Positions 35,358 through 48,453 of a DNA stretch of 64,000 nucleotides are shown here, piece after piece (the stretch's first letter is position 1; every line of letters starts with the position of its first letter). The position numbers and the translations under genes are program-made. Location of the stretch: assembly GCF_046119375.1 (NCBI RefSeq), contig NW_027362763.1:694710001-694774000 (forward strand), given 5' to 3'. This DNA is from Phyllobates terribilis. Its lineage: Eukaryota. Under the pieces are notes generated by a model. It did not search any database. It saw only the letters and a program-made list of their open reading frames with translations, and had not been told where the DNA came from.

Positions 35358-38211
35358 TGTCATAGAGAAAAATTTAAAATCCATACAGACCTCTCCAGGG
35401 AGGGGACATGTCCCCCTCACAGGAAACATATGAGGAAGAGAGAAAACCAATTATAACTGAGGAAAGAAAACTAATTATAACAGGGAAAGAGGGCTAACAC
35501 CTCAACCTCCATTGAAGTAGCATCCCCCTGCAGTGACCAGATAATTACAACAAGAGGTTTTTGTCTTGGGAAAAAAGACATCGCGTCTGAGATCCCGATA
35601 TCCGAATATGAATATTGGGGTATGCATCTATCCGATATTCATGGGAGATATCTTTTCGCAGTCATAGCGAACAGACAAACTTAACGCATTCACTCACCTC
35701 ATTGTAAGCCCATTCTAACCCCTCCAACTTAATAATGATTCAATGGATGGTTCTATCCAGGTCATGTTTCATCTCTTTATGAAGGTAAAATCGGGATGCG
35801 AAATATGAAAGCAATATCTAACGCCTGGGACCTCCAGGGGTGAAGATGTTCTGTAAGTTGGGGATCTCATAAAATTCTAACAAAACCTAGCACATCCCAC
35901 TATCAGCCCGCATATGAGCTCATCAATCAAGGTATGTGGGCGTAACCGTGAGCTAATAAAAAGCAGTATTTGGGTTTGGTCATTTGTCAGTCCCGGTAAG
36001 TACAGCTTGCTGTGGTTCTGTCCATTTTTCCCTCCGCTAAACTCTGAGCCATTTCCATGACATCAGGTTTAGTTATTCCTTTTTATTTTATGTAATTGTA
36101 TATATTGTTTGTTCCCATTTTGTAACATCTTTGTATATATATACAGTACAGACCAAAAGTTTGGACACACCTTCTCATTTAAAGATTTTTCTGTATTTTC
36201 ATGACTTTGAAAATTGTACATTTACACTGAAGGCATCAAAACTATGAATTAACACATGTGGAATTATATACTTAACAAAAAAGTGTGAAACAACTGAAAA
36301 TATGTCTTATATTCTAGGTTCTTCAAAGTAGCCACCTTTTGCTTTGATCACTGCTTTGCACCCTCTTGGCTTTCTCTTGATGAGCTTCAAGAGGTAGTCA
36401 CCGGAAATGGTTTTCACTTCACAGGTGTGCCCTGTCAGGTTTAATAAGTGGGATTTCTTGCCTTATAAATGGGGTTGGGACCATCAGTTGTGTTGTGCAG
36501 AAGTCTGGTGGAGACACAGCTGATAGTCCTACTGAATAGACTGTTAGAATTTGTATTATGGCAAGAAAAAAGCGGCTAAGTAAAGAAAAACAAGTGGCCA
36601 TCATTACTTTAAGAAATGAAGGTCAGTCAGTCCGAAAAATTGGGAAAACTTTGAAAGTGTCCTCAAGTACAGTTGCAAAAACCATCAAGCGCTACAAAGA
36701 AACTGGCTCACATGAGGACCGTCCCAGGAAAGGAAGACCAAGAGTCACCTCTCCTTCTGAGGATATGTTTATCCGAGTCACCAGCCTCAGAAATCGCAGG
36801 TTAACAGCAGCTCAGATTAGAGACCAGGTCAATGCCACACAGAGTTCTAGCAACAGACACATCTCTACAACAACTGTTAAGAGGAGACTTTGTGCAGCAG
36901 GCCTTCATGGTAAAATAGCTGCTAGGAAACCACTGCTAAGCACAGGTTACAAGCAGAAGAGACTTGTTTGGGCTAAAGAACCAAAGGAAAGAACATTAGA
37001 CCAGTGGAAATCTGTGCTTTGGTCTGATGAGTCCAAACTTGAGATCTTTGGTTCCAACCACCGTGTCTTTGTGTGATGAGGAAAAGGTGAACGGATGGAC
37101 TTTACATGCCTGGTTCCTACCATGAAGCATGGAGGAGGAGGTGTGATGGTGTGGGGGTGCTTTGCTGGTGACACTGTTGGGGATTTATTTAAAATTGAAG
37201 GCATACTGAACCAGCATGGCTACCACAGCATCTTGCAGCGGCATGCTATTCCATCCGGTTTGCGTTTAGTTGGACCATCATTTATTTTTCAACAGGACAA
37301 TGACCCCAAACACACCTCCAGGCTGTGTAAGGGCTGTTTGACCAAGAAGGAGAGCGATGGGGTGCTATGCCAGATTATCTGGCCTCCACAGTCACCAGAC
37401 CTGAACCCAATCGAGATGGTTTGGGGTGAGCTGGACCGCAGAGTGAAGGCAAAAGGGCCAACAAGTGCTAAGCATCTCTGGGAACTCCTTCAAGATTGTT
37501 GGAAGACCATTTCTGGTGACTACCTCTTGAAGCTCATCAAGAGAATGCCAAGAGTGTGCAAAGCAGTCATCAAAGCAAAAGGTGGATACTTTGAAGAACC
37601 TAGAATATAAGACATATTTTCAGTTGTTTCACACTTTTTTGTTAACTATATAATTCCACATGTGTTAATTCATAGTTTTGATGCCTTCAGTGTGAATGTA
37701 CCATTTTTAAAGTCATGAAAATACAGAAAAATCTTTAAATGAGAAGGTGTGTCCAAACTTTTGGTCTGTACTGTATATATATAATTTTTTTTATAAACAC
37801 TGCCTATGTTACTGGATTAAATATATAATATTTAATAGCTCTGTTCCTCTTGCTCTGTAAACCGCACCCCTGAAGCCATTCGCTACCTGTAACAGGTGTC
37901 CAATCAGCCTGTATAAACAATTGGTGGTGGCTGCTAGTAGTGTTTTTTTTTTTTTTTTTTCCCGGTGTTTATATACACATATTCTATGCGTTGTAATGGA
38001 AGGTGTATATGCCATACTTTCACTGTGAGTTCCCCAATAACTGGCCTAGTAGTAGCAGCCGCGGCCTCGTCAATCAGTCGTCACTCAATTGCGTAATTGT
38101 CCCGACGATTAGAGGCAGCGGAGTTGGGTTTCCTGACAAACTGGTGACAGCGGCAGGATGTGGGTGATCCCTCTGGTGTCATCTGTGTCAAACCGGTAAC
38201 AGTGGTGGGAT
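35358..38211 (+). mobile_element. Degenerate LTR with PBS-like sites, split by the Tc1 at 36144
   Basis: Ends CCTGACA at 38138 followed by a tRNA-Leu-like PBS (38142-38159) and a second copy (38194-38211); both flanks of the Tc1 resemble the reverse complement of 10330-10620; 5' start (TGTCA at 35358) tentative. Confidence 0.65.
36144..37773 (+). mobile_element. Full-length Tc1-like transposon (1630 bp), DD38E (Intruder-type) transposase inactivated by two in-frame TGA
   Basis: TA TSD; TIRs of about 210 bp; frame 36558-37610 (350 codons) with GRPR, WSDES, QQDNDPKH, DLNPIE; 38 residues between the second D and E. Confidence 0.95.
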
Positions 38212-38506
38212 CTGCGTGACCTCCCCACACCCCAGCTGTTACTCTTGACCTGGCTCTATATACATATCCCTGCATTGCTAGATGCATTTGTCATTCAGGA
38301 GTCTAGGAAAGCTGGGTCACTGATGCAGGCACATGGTGAAAGATTTAGGTCCTTACTGCAATTCAACACCCCCTATTACATAATGGAGTCTCCAATTTTT
38401 GTACCACCCGTCAGTTACAATTATGTTCTTATGATGAAACTTACTTACACTATGTGAATGGATTTTATGGATGTTTTGCTCATATCCATGTCTCTTTCTT
38501 CCCCAG

Positions 38507-38555
38507 TTGGTGGTCTGGGTGGACCCTCTGGATGGCACTAAGGAATATACAGAAG
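38507..38555 (+). CDS. BPNT1: BPNT1 coding exon 4
   Basis: LVVWVDPLDGTKEYTE (metal-binding DPLDGT). Confidence 0.96.
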
Positions 38556-38619
38556 GTTGGTTCCCACCGCACTGATGTAAATATATATATATAAGATCTT
38601 AAAGAAGTAAAGTTATCAC

Positions 38620-38892
38620 AATAATAATCTTTATTTTTATATAGCGCTAACGTATTCAGCAGCGCTTTACATTACATACATTATCGTCGCTGTCCCCATT
38701 GGGGCTCACAATCTAGATTCCCTATCAGTATGTCTTTGAAGTGTGGGAGGAAACCAGAGAACCCGGAGGAAACCCACGCAAACATGGGGAGAACATACAA
38801 ACTCCTTGCAGATATTGTCCTTGGTGGGATTTGAACCCAGGACCCCAGCGCTGCAAGGCTGCAGTGCTAACCACTGAGCCACCATGTCGCCC
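38620..38892 (-). mobile_element. tRNA-derived V-SINE
   Basis: A box TGGCTCAGTGG, B box GGTTCAAATCC, V-domain-like TTTGTATGTTCTCCCCATGTTTGCGTGGGTTTCCTCCGG, 3' tail GCGCTATATAAAAATAA. Confidence 0.85.
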
Positions 38893-40389
38893 ATGATGAT
38901 AGTAAATAAAAAATAGTGCAGTGTTTTAATTCATTAAATGTTACCAGTCCTATAGACAATGAATGGAGCGATAACCCCTATGTACAGCCACTGCTTCATC
39001 CTAAAAGTAGTAGTTCAGAAAACTTTTTCTCAAGATGGGACAACCTCTTTAATAGTAACCATAGCCGGGATACGTAACTTATTGTAAGTTTTCTTTGCGT
39101 TTTTCTAGCAGCTTCATTTTCATTTTAATGTGATGCTCCTACAAATATTAAAATGGTTTATATATTAATATTACCCCTATTGATAGAAAAGGAGATAAAT
39201 TATTGACCTCCCCCAAGAAAACTGAGCTCTGATCTAAATGAGCTGGCGGACCTCCGTTACATTTATTCTCTGAGCGACTGCCGAAAATTGTCACGTGCAA
39301 CAGAACTCGGTTATTTCCAAGTGGTCTAATATTAAAATAAATGGAGTGTAGGTGAATATGTGAGACCACTGATCGATTCAGACAAAGCAGAGCCGCCATA
39401 TTGCTGATATCGATAGGGAATAAATCACATACTTGTGGCAGCCCCTATAATGACAGACCTGTAGGAGGAGGAGGAGGAGGAGGATATTGTGTTAGATACC
39501 TAGTGGTCTTAACCATGGATACCTTAAGTTCCACTAAAATTAAGTATTTCCCATTGTAATTCTGAAGCTTTTCTAGATCTTTGTCTCTTATTATTCTTAT
39601 TTCCTATGATATTTGGGTCGTATACCTGCTCTCCAGTGATGGGGTGATTGTAAGGGAATGTGCCAACATGCGTCCATGCCATTTTGGGCAGCCTGTGCCA
39701 TTTTTTGGAAGCACATTAATCTCTTTTTTTTCAACTTATTCATGTCTGTGTAGGGAAAGAGGCGTCTTCCTCTGCTTCTGTCTTTGGCCTCGATTCATGG
39801 AAGCGATTACACCAAAATTCTGCTGTAAATCGCTCGAATAAGTCGCAACAGAGTTTTGTGACTTTTAGCATTTTCGTGACCGTTTCACCCTCTCTGCCAA
39901 AATGGACGGGTCTGCTGTGTTCTCTCCCCTTCCAGTTAATGACTAGCTGTGGCGTTCCTCAAACCAGATATCTTATTAGGGTCTCTGACTGGAGTAGGAT
40001 TTTGTGGCAAGGCGCACGGAGACCCTCACCACTCAGCCAGACGCTTCGGATACATTGAGGCGTGCACCTCTTAATGAATCGTGAGCGTCCGACTCAAATA
40101 CGCCCCTCATAGAGACCTGCGAGAATATTGCCTTTTTAGATAAATCAGGGCCATAGCCTTGCTAGTGGCAGAATAAGCTAACTGAGAATCTGTCAGTAAG
40201 CTCAGTGAGTTGGAGAGTTGGTCACGCTTTTATCTGTCTTTCTCTAAGCTCCTCTTGGTTGATTTATGACCAATGACCCAGGAAAAGCCGAATGGTGCAA
40301 AATTGTTAATGAAACCCTCCAGGAAAAATGCTTTCTAACCCCAAATATATGGATAACTGGACATGAACTGATGACTGTTTTGTCTGCAG

Positions 40390-40481
40390 GACTCCTGGAT
40401 CATGTAACTGTTCTTATTGGCATTGCCTATGAAGGAAAAGCAATTGCGGGGGTGATAAACCAGCCATACTATAACTACCAG
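40390..40481 (+). CDS. BPNT1: BPNT1 coding exon 5
   Basis: [30 protein letters not shown]. Confidence 0.96.
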
Positions 40482-41926
40482 GTAACGGGGGATTTTCTTT
40501 TTCTGCTTTGGTCGTCCGATATCCCGACATCGATATGATCTGACGAAACCAAAATAATTTTACTTAAATTCATATAGAATTTAATTAGTTATGAATAGAT
40601 GAGCTCATCTCTATTACCAAAAATGAGTAATATGAACTGAAAACACAAGAAATAAAATGTCTGTGTTCGAGGGGCGACTGCGGCCCCTGCGCCCCCTAAG
40701 ACTGCACCACTGGTCACCTCTAGTAAAGGGTGCTGGGGCCATAAGTTTAGAGGGGCCCCTACTTACACGCGTAGCCAGCAGCTCCTGTGGCGTTGGGTTC
40801 ACAGACGTAAGGACTTATCAGTGGAGAGCAAAGGGCAAGTCCGGTCCTACATCTTCTCCGATACGGTATCTCCTTAGCCGATAGGACGCATTCAAAGGTC
40901 AGAAACCCTCTGAACTCCAACCAATGTCAACTACAACAACTTTTTTACCCTAAATTTTTAATGTGTTTTCCAAGAAGCTATGTGTAGAGTGATTAGAATT
41001 TTTTCAGGCATGGCAGCCATGGTGGTCCTTCAGCGGTCCCCGGCTGCATATAGCATCCCATTGGCTCCCAGTGGATGTCTTGTGATGTGTCCCCCGTGAT
41101 CAACAGTGTCATTTGAGGGGGTTATCAGCGACAACACTGCTGTTGCAGACAGATACCAGTTGTATAACACAGCCAGCTTCTGCTTGGTGTTTTGCAGGCT
41201 CAGCTCCTGAGCCCTCTCCATACTCCCCTCACCCAGGAGCGGATACAGGCAGAAGAGGCCCCTGTACAAGAACAGTATAGGGGCCCTTTGTAGTCCATTA
41301 GCTCATCATAATACTTTGGAGGCAGTAGTGGGCCCCTTATCTCTTGGGCCCCTATGCAGCTACACAGGTTGCACCAATGGTGTGTCTGCCCTTGCCCCCA
41401 TATACATGCGCAGTGGATTAATCATGAGAATAAAAAAATGGTTTGGCCACTTCATAGATAATAAAAAATGATCAATATTTTCTTTTGACATGCTGTTAAA
41501 AAAAATAAAAAAGCAATAAAGTTGACATTTATGGCATTTTCTTACACAGCATTGCGCCACCTGGTGTTCAAAGTCTATAGCAATGTGCGCCACCACCTAA
41601 TAAGCTGAGTGTGGTGGTCACACATGCTCAGTTCACTGTAGAGCAGCCAATGGAAATAGCAGGCAGGAAGAAAGCTCTTTCTATTGGCTGCTGTGCCGTG
41701 ATCAGAGTATCTCTCTGCCGCTGGTCGCCCGTGCTCGCTCTCCTGAGTCCTCATAGCCACGTTTTCCAAGGTCACCTCCACAATAGTACAATATCGCCCT
41801 GCAGCGCTGTCTCCATTCTCCAACACCTGTCTACGATGAGCGCTGCTATCTCTGCGTCTTTAACCCTTTTATATCAGAGAATCACATACAAATGGATTTA
41901 GTTGATGACTTGCTGTATAATTTCAG

Positions 41927-42124
41927 GCGGGTGACAGCGCTGTCCTGGGAAGGACTATTTGGGGCGTCCTGGGCATTGGAGCATTTGGTTTTGAGCTGAA
42001 GGAGGTGCCTGAAGGTCAACACATCATCACCACCACCAGATCGCACAGCAGCAAGCTGGTGAACGACTGCATCGCCGCCATCAACCCCGATAAAGTGGTG
42101 CGCGTGGGGGGCGCCGGAAACAAG
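41927..42124 (+). CDS. BPNT1: BPNT1 coding exon 6
   Basis: [21 protein letters not shown]...TTTRSH...VRVGGAGNK. Confidence 0.96.
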
Positions 42125-42624
42125 GTGACAAGCGCGGTTTTCATTCCCTTTCTGTGCATCGGGACCCCTCTCAATGAGCCACTGAGTTAGTAGTGGGGGG
42201 GTCTTCTATTCCACATCCTCATTTTGTGGCCTAAGTGGAGAGCAGTTATAAAGCTTACTGCTAACAAGTAGGGATTGTCCAAAAAGGAAAATGGCTTTTA
42301 AAGGGGTTTATCATCCCCTTTTATAAGTTGGACAAGCATGGAGTACAGATTCACAAATGCTGCATAATCGCCTTGCCTGTCTTCTCCTAGCAATGTCCTA
42401 TCCAGTCTCTTAAGAGTCCAGTCAATGATTGGCTACAGCGGTCACATGTCCATAGGTTACAGTCATACTACCATATGGCTGCTGCAGCCAATCACTGTCC
42501 ACAGCGGTCATGTGCCAGGCACCGCTAGGAGGGTAATGGCAGGACAGCATTAGCTAAGTAGGTTGTTTGTTATATTCACACCAGGCTAGGCTGCTGTCAT
42601 GCACTTAGAAATTAAACTGATTCT

Positions 42625-43640
42625 TACTCTTTATTACATAAATCAATAGCACAGATGAAAATAAGCAACTCTGTAATATATCACATCAGAGAATTCTGCT
42701 TCTTTCTCCTCCTGGACTGATAATTAACTCTCAATTCATGGATAAAAATCTCTAAAATGTGTATTCAGTGAAGATGGATCTTTCCGTTACTGAGATAGGA
42801 GATGACAGTTGGTGCTTATAAAATTCTATGGAGTGGGAAGCGCTAGAGGCAGGCGCAGACATTCTAGGGAGGAGCTAGAGGCAGGCGCAGACATTGTAGG
42901 GAGGAGCTAGAGGCTGATGCAGACATAGTAGGGAGGAGCTAGAGGCAGGCGCAGACATAGTAGGGAGGAGCTAGAGGCAGGCGCAGACATAGTAGGGAGG
43001 AGCTAGAGGCAGGCGCAGACATTCTAGGGAGGAGCTAGAAGCAGACACAGACATTGTAGGGAGGAGCTAGAAGCAGACACAGACATTGTAGGGAGGAGCT
43101 AGAGGCTGATGCAGACATTGTAGGGAGGAGCTAGAGGCTGACACAGACATAGTAGGGAGGAGCTAGAGGCAGGCGCAGACATAGTAGGGAGGAGCTAGAG
43201 GCAGGCGCAGACATAGTAGGGAGGAGCTAGAGGCAGGCGCAGACATTCTAGGGAGGAGCTAGAGGCAGACATTGTAGGGAGGAGCTAGAGGCTGACGCAG
43301 ACATTGTAGGGCAGACATTCCGCTGAAAGTTTTCCTAAATACTTATGAAGTTATATGGAGAACTAACTGATGTTTCAGGAGAACTTGCAGCAAAATATCT
43401 GTGTGCCTCTAGCTCCTCCCCGCTCCCATCTACATAGAACTTTATGAGCACCAACTGTCTTCTCCTATCTCAGTAATGGGAAAGGCTGCATTCACAGAAG
43501 ACTCAAGCTACCTGATAATTGAGAATGAAAGATCAGTCCAGGAGGACAGAGAAGCAGATTTCTTTGATAAGATATACAGTATTAAAGTTGTTTTTTTTTC
43601 ATGTGCACTATTTATGGGAAGAAATAAATAAAAGAACTAT
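42625..43640. mobile_element. MITE with long TIRs enclosing a 32-bp minisatellite (42843-43310)
   Basis: Complementary arms (about 42625-42845 and 43405-43640); internal unit GGGAGGAGCTAGAGGCAGGCGCAGACATAGTA, about 14 copies; ends approximate. Confidence 0.7.
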
Positions 43641-43642
43641 TA

Positions 43643-43961
43643 GGGTGCTTTCACATTGCGTTCTGTGTCCCCGTCGGGGCATACGTCCGAAATTCCCCGC
43701 AAAACAGGGTCTGACGTATGCGCTGACGGGTGACATAGACTGCAATGGTACAAACGTGCACTCTACCGTGCATTTTTTTTGGGAGTGTACGCCCACAGGA
43801 GATGGACACTGAGACGTAGGCTACTGCGTCTGAGTGTCCGCCTCCTGTATACGTACACTCCCAAAAGTGCACCATTGCAGTCTATGACTATAGACCCTGT
43901 TTTGCTGGGGATTTCGGACGTATGCCCCGACGGGGACACAGAACGCAACGTGAAAGTAGCC
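43643..43961. mobile_element. Harbinger-type MITE
   Basis: TTA|GGGTGCTTTCACATTGCG ... CGCAACGTGAAAGTAGCC|TTA. Confidence 0.85.
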
Positions 43962-44330
43962 TTACTTTTTAAAGGGGCTGTCCATGCCTTTTTTCTTTTA
44001 GCAACATCTGCTAAGTTAAACGCAAGCCTTGTAATACATGTATCTGCGGCCGATAAACTTCATTATTATTAATAATTAAATTCTTATTATCTTCGTGTCA
44101 CAATCCCTTTAAGTGAATTTATCTCAATCTCGCCTCTACAGCCAATTTTGTTATATCTGTGTTCTTGCAAAGCTGGGGCTGCCATTAAAAATCCCACAAA
44201 GTATATTAACTTTTCTAGGACAATATCAAATCCTGCAAAAGTTGTAATGGAAGTCAATGGTGTCATCCAGCTTTCTCTGTATCGGACATGAGACTGTATC
44301 CGCTTACAGGACACATAACTTCTCTTTCAG

Positions 44331-44436
44331 ATCATTCAGCTGATTGAAGGTCAGGCCTCCGCCTACGTGTTCGCCAGTCCTGGGTGCAAAAAGTGGGACA
44401 CGTGCGCCCCAGAGGCGATCCTGCATGCAGTGGGAG
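44331..44436 (+). CDS. BPNT1: BPNT1 coding exon 7
   Basis: [35 protein letters not shown]. Confidence 0.96.
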
Positions 44437-44798
44437 GTACGAAGCAGTGACCCCCACCAGGCATAGGACCTTTTTATCTTCTTTTTTTACCTCTACAAAT
44501 TCATGGTATATTAACCTCTTTAAGGGGAATGTTTTTTATTTTTAAAGAAAATGACCTATTGTTTCAAATCAGTTTTTTGTTTTTACATTTTTTTTTTTTT
44601 ATATCTTTTTGGGTTTATATGACATTTTGATTGCTTTTTATTGAGGAAGGTTTGGATATTTAAAAACTGATTTACACGGTTTACCATGTGGGTTAGTTAA
44701 TTTTATATTTTCATACTACAGACTTTCATGACTTCAGCGATATCAAACATATTGAAGAACATATGTAATCTCTTTTATTTGTAAAAAATGTGTGTGTA

Positions 44799-47666
44799 CG
44801 GCCGGTGAAAAAAGTATTGAACACGTCACCAGTTTTCTAAGTAAAACTATTTCTAAAGGGGCAATTGACATGAAATTCTCACCAGATGTCGGTAACAACC
44901 CATCCAATCCACACAGGCAAAGAAATCATCATAGATGTCAATAAATTATCTGTAATAATGAGAAAGGACACAGGAAAAAAAGTATTGAACACATGAAGAA
45001 AGAGAGGAGCAAATAATCATGGGAAGTCATGACACCAGCTGAGATCTATCAGTAATTAGAAAGCAATCCAGACTGATGGTCTGTAAAAAGGTGTCTCATT
45101 ACCAAGGTGCCACACAAGAAACATCTCATGATGGGTAAAATCAGTGAGCCGACTCCAGACCTTTTGCAGCCTTAGTGTTGTAAAACATACTGATGGCATT
45201 GGTTACAGAAGAATTTCTAAACTACTGAAGGTGTCAGTGAGCACTGTTGGGGCCATAATCCGAAAGTGGAAAGAACATAATTTCACCATAAACCGATCAC
45301 AACCAGGTGATCACTGCAAGATTTCAGACAGAGGAGGGAAAAGAGCCAAGGATTACCTGTGGAGAACTACAGAAAGACCTGGAATTGTAAAAATGGAGAA
45401 GATGACGTGACACGCCTTTGTAGAACCCTGTTGTTTTAATATGTGCAAAATGTATTGCATTGCATGTTTTTATCCTCCTGGAGGCTGCATTTCCTGTTAG
45501 TCAGGGGTGACAGGGTTAACTGTATTGCCGGCCCATAGTTGGGGAGGAGTATTGGGGACCAGTGTCAGTTGCTGACAAGATGTTCTTCTTGGCTGCACTT
45601 CCAGCATTTTCCCCTATCATTTCTTCTACCAGGTTGCCTGCTCGGCCTGGTGTACCTGTTGAGATGTTGGTGCCCAAGTTGCTTCTTCTCTGGCTAACAG
45701 CATGCCCCCCAGGTCTTTCACCACCCCCTCCACGGTTGCAGTTCGGACTTCCAGACCAGTATTTCCCTCTGGCACTGCTTCTACTTGCTGGACCAATGGG
45801 GTTGTGATGACCTTTTCACCTTTCTCTAGGATGACTGCTTCCTTCAGCACCTGGTGTATTGTCAGGTCCGGTTTAATCTTAAGTCTCTTTCTTGGGGTTC
45901 TCCGCAGTGACTCGTCCCTGAGGCCCAATATAAACGGATCATGTAGCACATCTCCAGTGTTAATGAGAGACCTAGTCCCCTGCTCTTCTTTCTTCTGAAG
46001 CCTGGCCATCAATATCCTCCAACACCCTGAGGATCTGTTCAAAAGTTTGTCTTTCCCTGGCCGGATGTAATGGCAGTGTTTTTCTTGCTTCCCCTTCCAG
46101 TGTCCTCAGGACTAACTCCACCTTCAAGTGTGGCACCACATGGCGGAAACGGGCTGCTCCATCCAGTCTCTCAACAATCTTCTAATAAAAAATTAAATCC
46201 ATTACATTTTTGACAGATGGTTTAGCAGAGCTCCCACTGGCATTGGGTGGGTAGACATGGAGAAAATTCTGCTCCTTCTGTTGCCATACTTGATTCCATT
46301 CTATCGACTATGCCAATTCAGGTGTCGTGGGGAATTCAGCCGAGTGTGGTTGTGTTGCTACTGTGGACACCTTCAGGTTCAATTGGTGCGGCACTGTACC
46401 CCTTTAAACTCACGGTGAAGAAACCAGACAAGTTTGCAAAAATAACATCCTTTTTACTAACAAAACTTATGTACAGAGGGTAGCAGGAATAAAGCTTGCT
46501 GTTTTCTTCTGCGCAATACAAAGGCACATTCTGGGTGGTTATGGACGGCGGCACTTGTGAAGAACGTTATTGAGGAACAACAGGACAAATTGGGTAACTC
46601 CACACGGGTCAATGTGTTTCTCTGTGACCACTTCCATCTTGTGAACGGTGTAAGGGGGCTTTCACTAGCTACCACCTTACTGATGTGCTCCAGCCTGGCA
46701 ACCTATAGGAGGATAAAGCATGCCATACAATACATTTTGCACACATTAAAACAGGGGTCTACAGAGGGATGTCACGCCATCTTCTCCACCTTTTAGAGAA
46801 TCGCCAGGTACAATTGTTTCAAATAAAACAATAAGTAATGCTCTTACCCTCCATGGCCTGTATGCACGCTCACCACGCTAGACTCTATTGCTGAAGAAAA
46901 CGCATGTTCAAGAGCGTTTTAAGTTTGCTCAACAACATTTAGACAAGCCTGTGAAATACTGGGAGAATATAGACTGGTCAGATGACACCAAAATTGAACT
47001 CTTTGGCTGTCATAATGCACACCATGTTTGGAGGACAAAAGGCACTGCATGTAACCCCAAAAACACCATACCAACAGTGAAGTTTGAAGGTGGGAACATC
47101 ATGATGTGGGGCTGTTTTTCAGCATAAGGCACTGGCAAACATGTGATTGAAGGAAGGATAAATGGAAAAATGTACCAAAACATTCTTGATAAAAATCTGC
47201 TGCCATCTTACAGGATGATGAAAATGAAATGAGGGTGGATATTTCAGTAAGACAATGATCCCAAACACACAGCCAAGGAAACTCTCAATTGGTTTCAGAG
47301 AAGGCGAAAATAAAGCTGATAGACTGGCAGAACCGATCGCCGGACCTGAATCCAATAGAAAATATATGGAAGGAACTAAAACTCAGAGTTCACGGGACCT
47401 TCAGGATTTGAAGTGTTTGTGTGGAAAAATAGGCCAAAATCACACCTGAGCAATGCCTGTAACTAGTTTCTCCATACAGGAGGCATCTTGAAGCGGTTCT
47501 CACCAACAAAGGCTTTTGTATGAAATACTAATTACATTTCAGTAAGTGTGTTCAATACTTTATCCCTGTGGCATTTCTCATTCTTAAACATAACTTAATT
47601 TATGGACATCTATGGTGATTTCTTTGCCTGTGTGAATTGGATGGGTTGTTATCGACATCTGGGGAG
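44799..47666 (+). mobile_element. Degenerate Tc1-like transposon (second family) interrupted by a 1.4-kb insert
   Basis: TA|CGGCCGGTGAAAAAAGTATTGAACAC left TIR; transposase fragments GIGYRRISKLL, WSDDTKIELFG, WGCFSA; right TIR truncated near 47666. Confidence 0.85.
45386..46797 (-). mobile_element. Inverted-repeat element with Gypsy gag remnant (Ginger-like termini)
   Basis: TIRs of about 95 bp (TGTAAAA...TTTTAGA), 4-bp TSD GAAT, minus-strand gag-like peptide FILGLRDESLRR...PDLT. Confidence 0.65.
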
Positions 47667-48453
47667 ATTATCAATATCAGATTAGTGGGGTTCGACACCC
47701 GGCACCGCCACAAATTGCTGTCCGGATCTGGGCTGTCCTGGTTCTGTACACTTTGTACTTCCAGCAGCCATGGGACCTCTGTCCGTCATCTATCTGATGT
47801 TAATAACCTATTCTAATAATACGTCATCAGTATTGCCTCTTTGGACAATTCCTTTAAACAGATTGGAAGAGTTTTTATACACTTCTGGAAAAAAAACGTC
47901 CTTATATGATGGAACGTTCTCCAACTTTCTATAGCATTTTGTGGGTCCGATTCAACATTTTCATTTTTTTTTAGAGTCACTTTGTGTGTTGGTCTCTTCT
48001 TTCTGATGGTGGAATCTGCGGCAAAATCTACAAAACTGCTCCAGTGTCTCGATGAATTTTTCACTATTTCAAAGGCTTTAATTTTAACTTTTTTTGTGTG
48101 TGTGTGTTTCACTTTTCGTGCAACTACGTAAAGGATCCTGCGACTTTTCACCCCTTTAAGTGTCACACGAGCTAAAAATAAAAAAAATAAATTCTGTATG
48201 TTACTAGTAAACGGGAAAATGATTGCGTAAAAAAAAAAAAAAAAAAACAACCCCAAACAAAGCCAAAAGAATCCACAAAAAAATGCTGAAACCAATTAAA
48301 AGAAGCTTGAAAAGGGCAGAAATTTAATAATGAAATAAAGGTCATTATTAGAACTATTTTTACTGCAGAAAAAGGCACAAAAGCAAAAATAAATCGTCAC
48401 ACTTACTTTTTTGTTTAATGCTCACCTATATCATATCATTTTGTCTTTTCTAG

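Noticed and set aside
37074-37079. Double TGA as selenocysteine or programmed readthrough
   Set aside because: Positions correspond to Arg codons typical of Tc1 transposases; CpG decay is sufficient and no SECIS was seen.
38800-38892. Possible tRNA gene (A and B boxes)
   Set aside because: It is the head of a V-SINE, continuing into the V domain and LINE-like tail; no complete cloverleaf was recognised.
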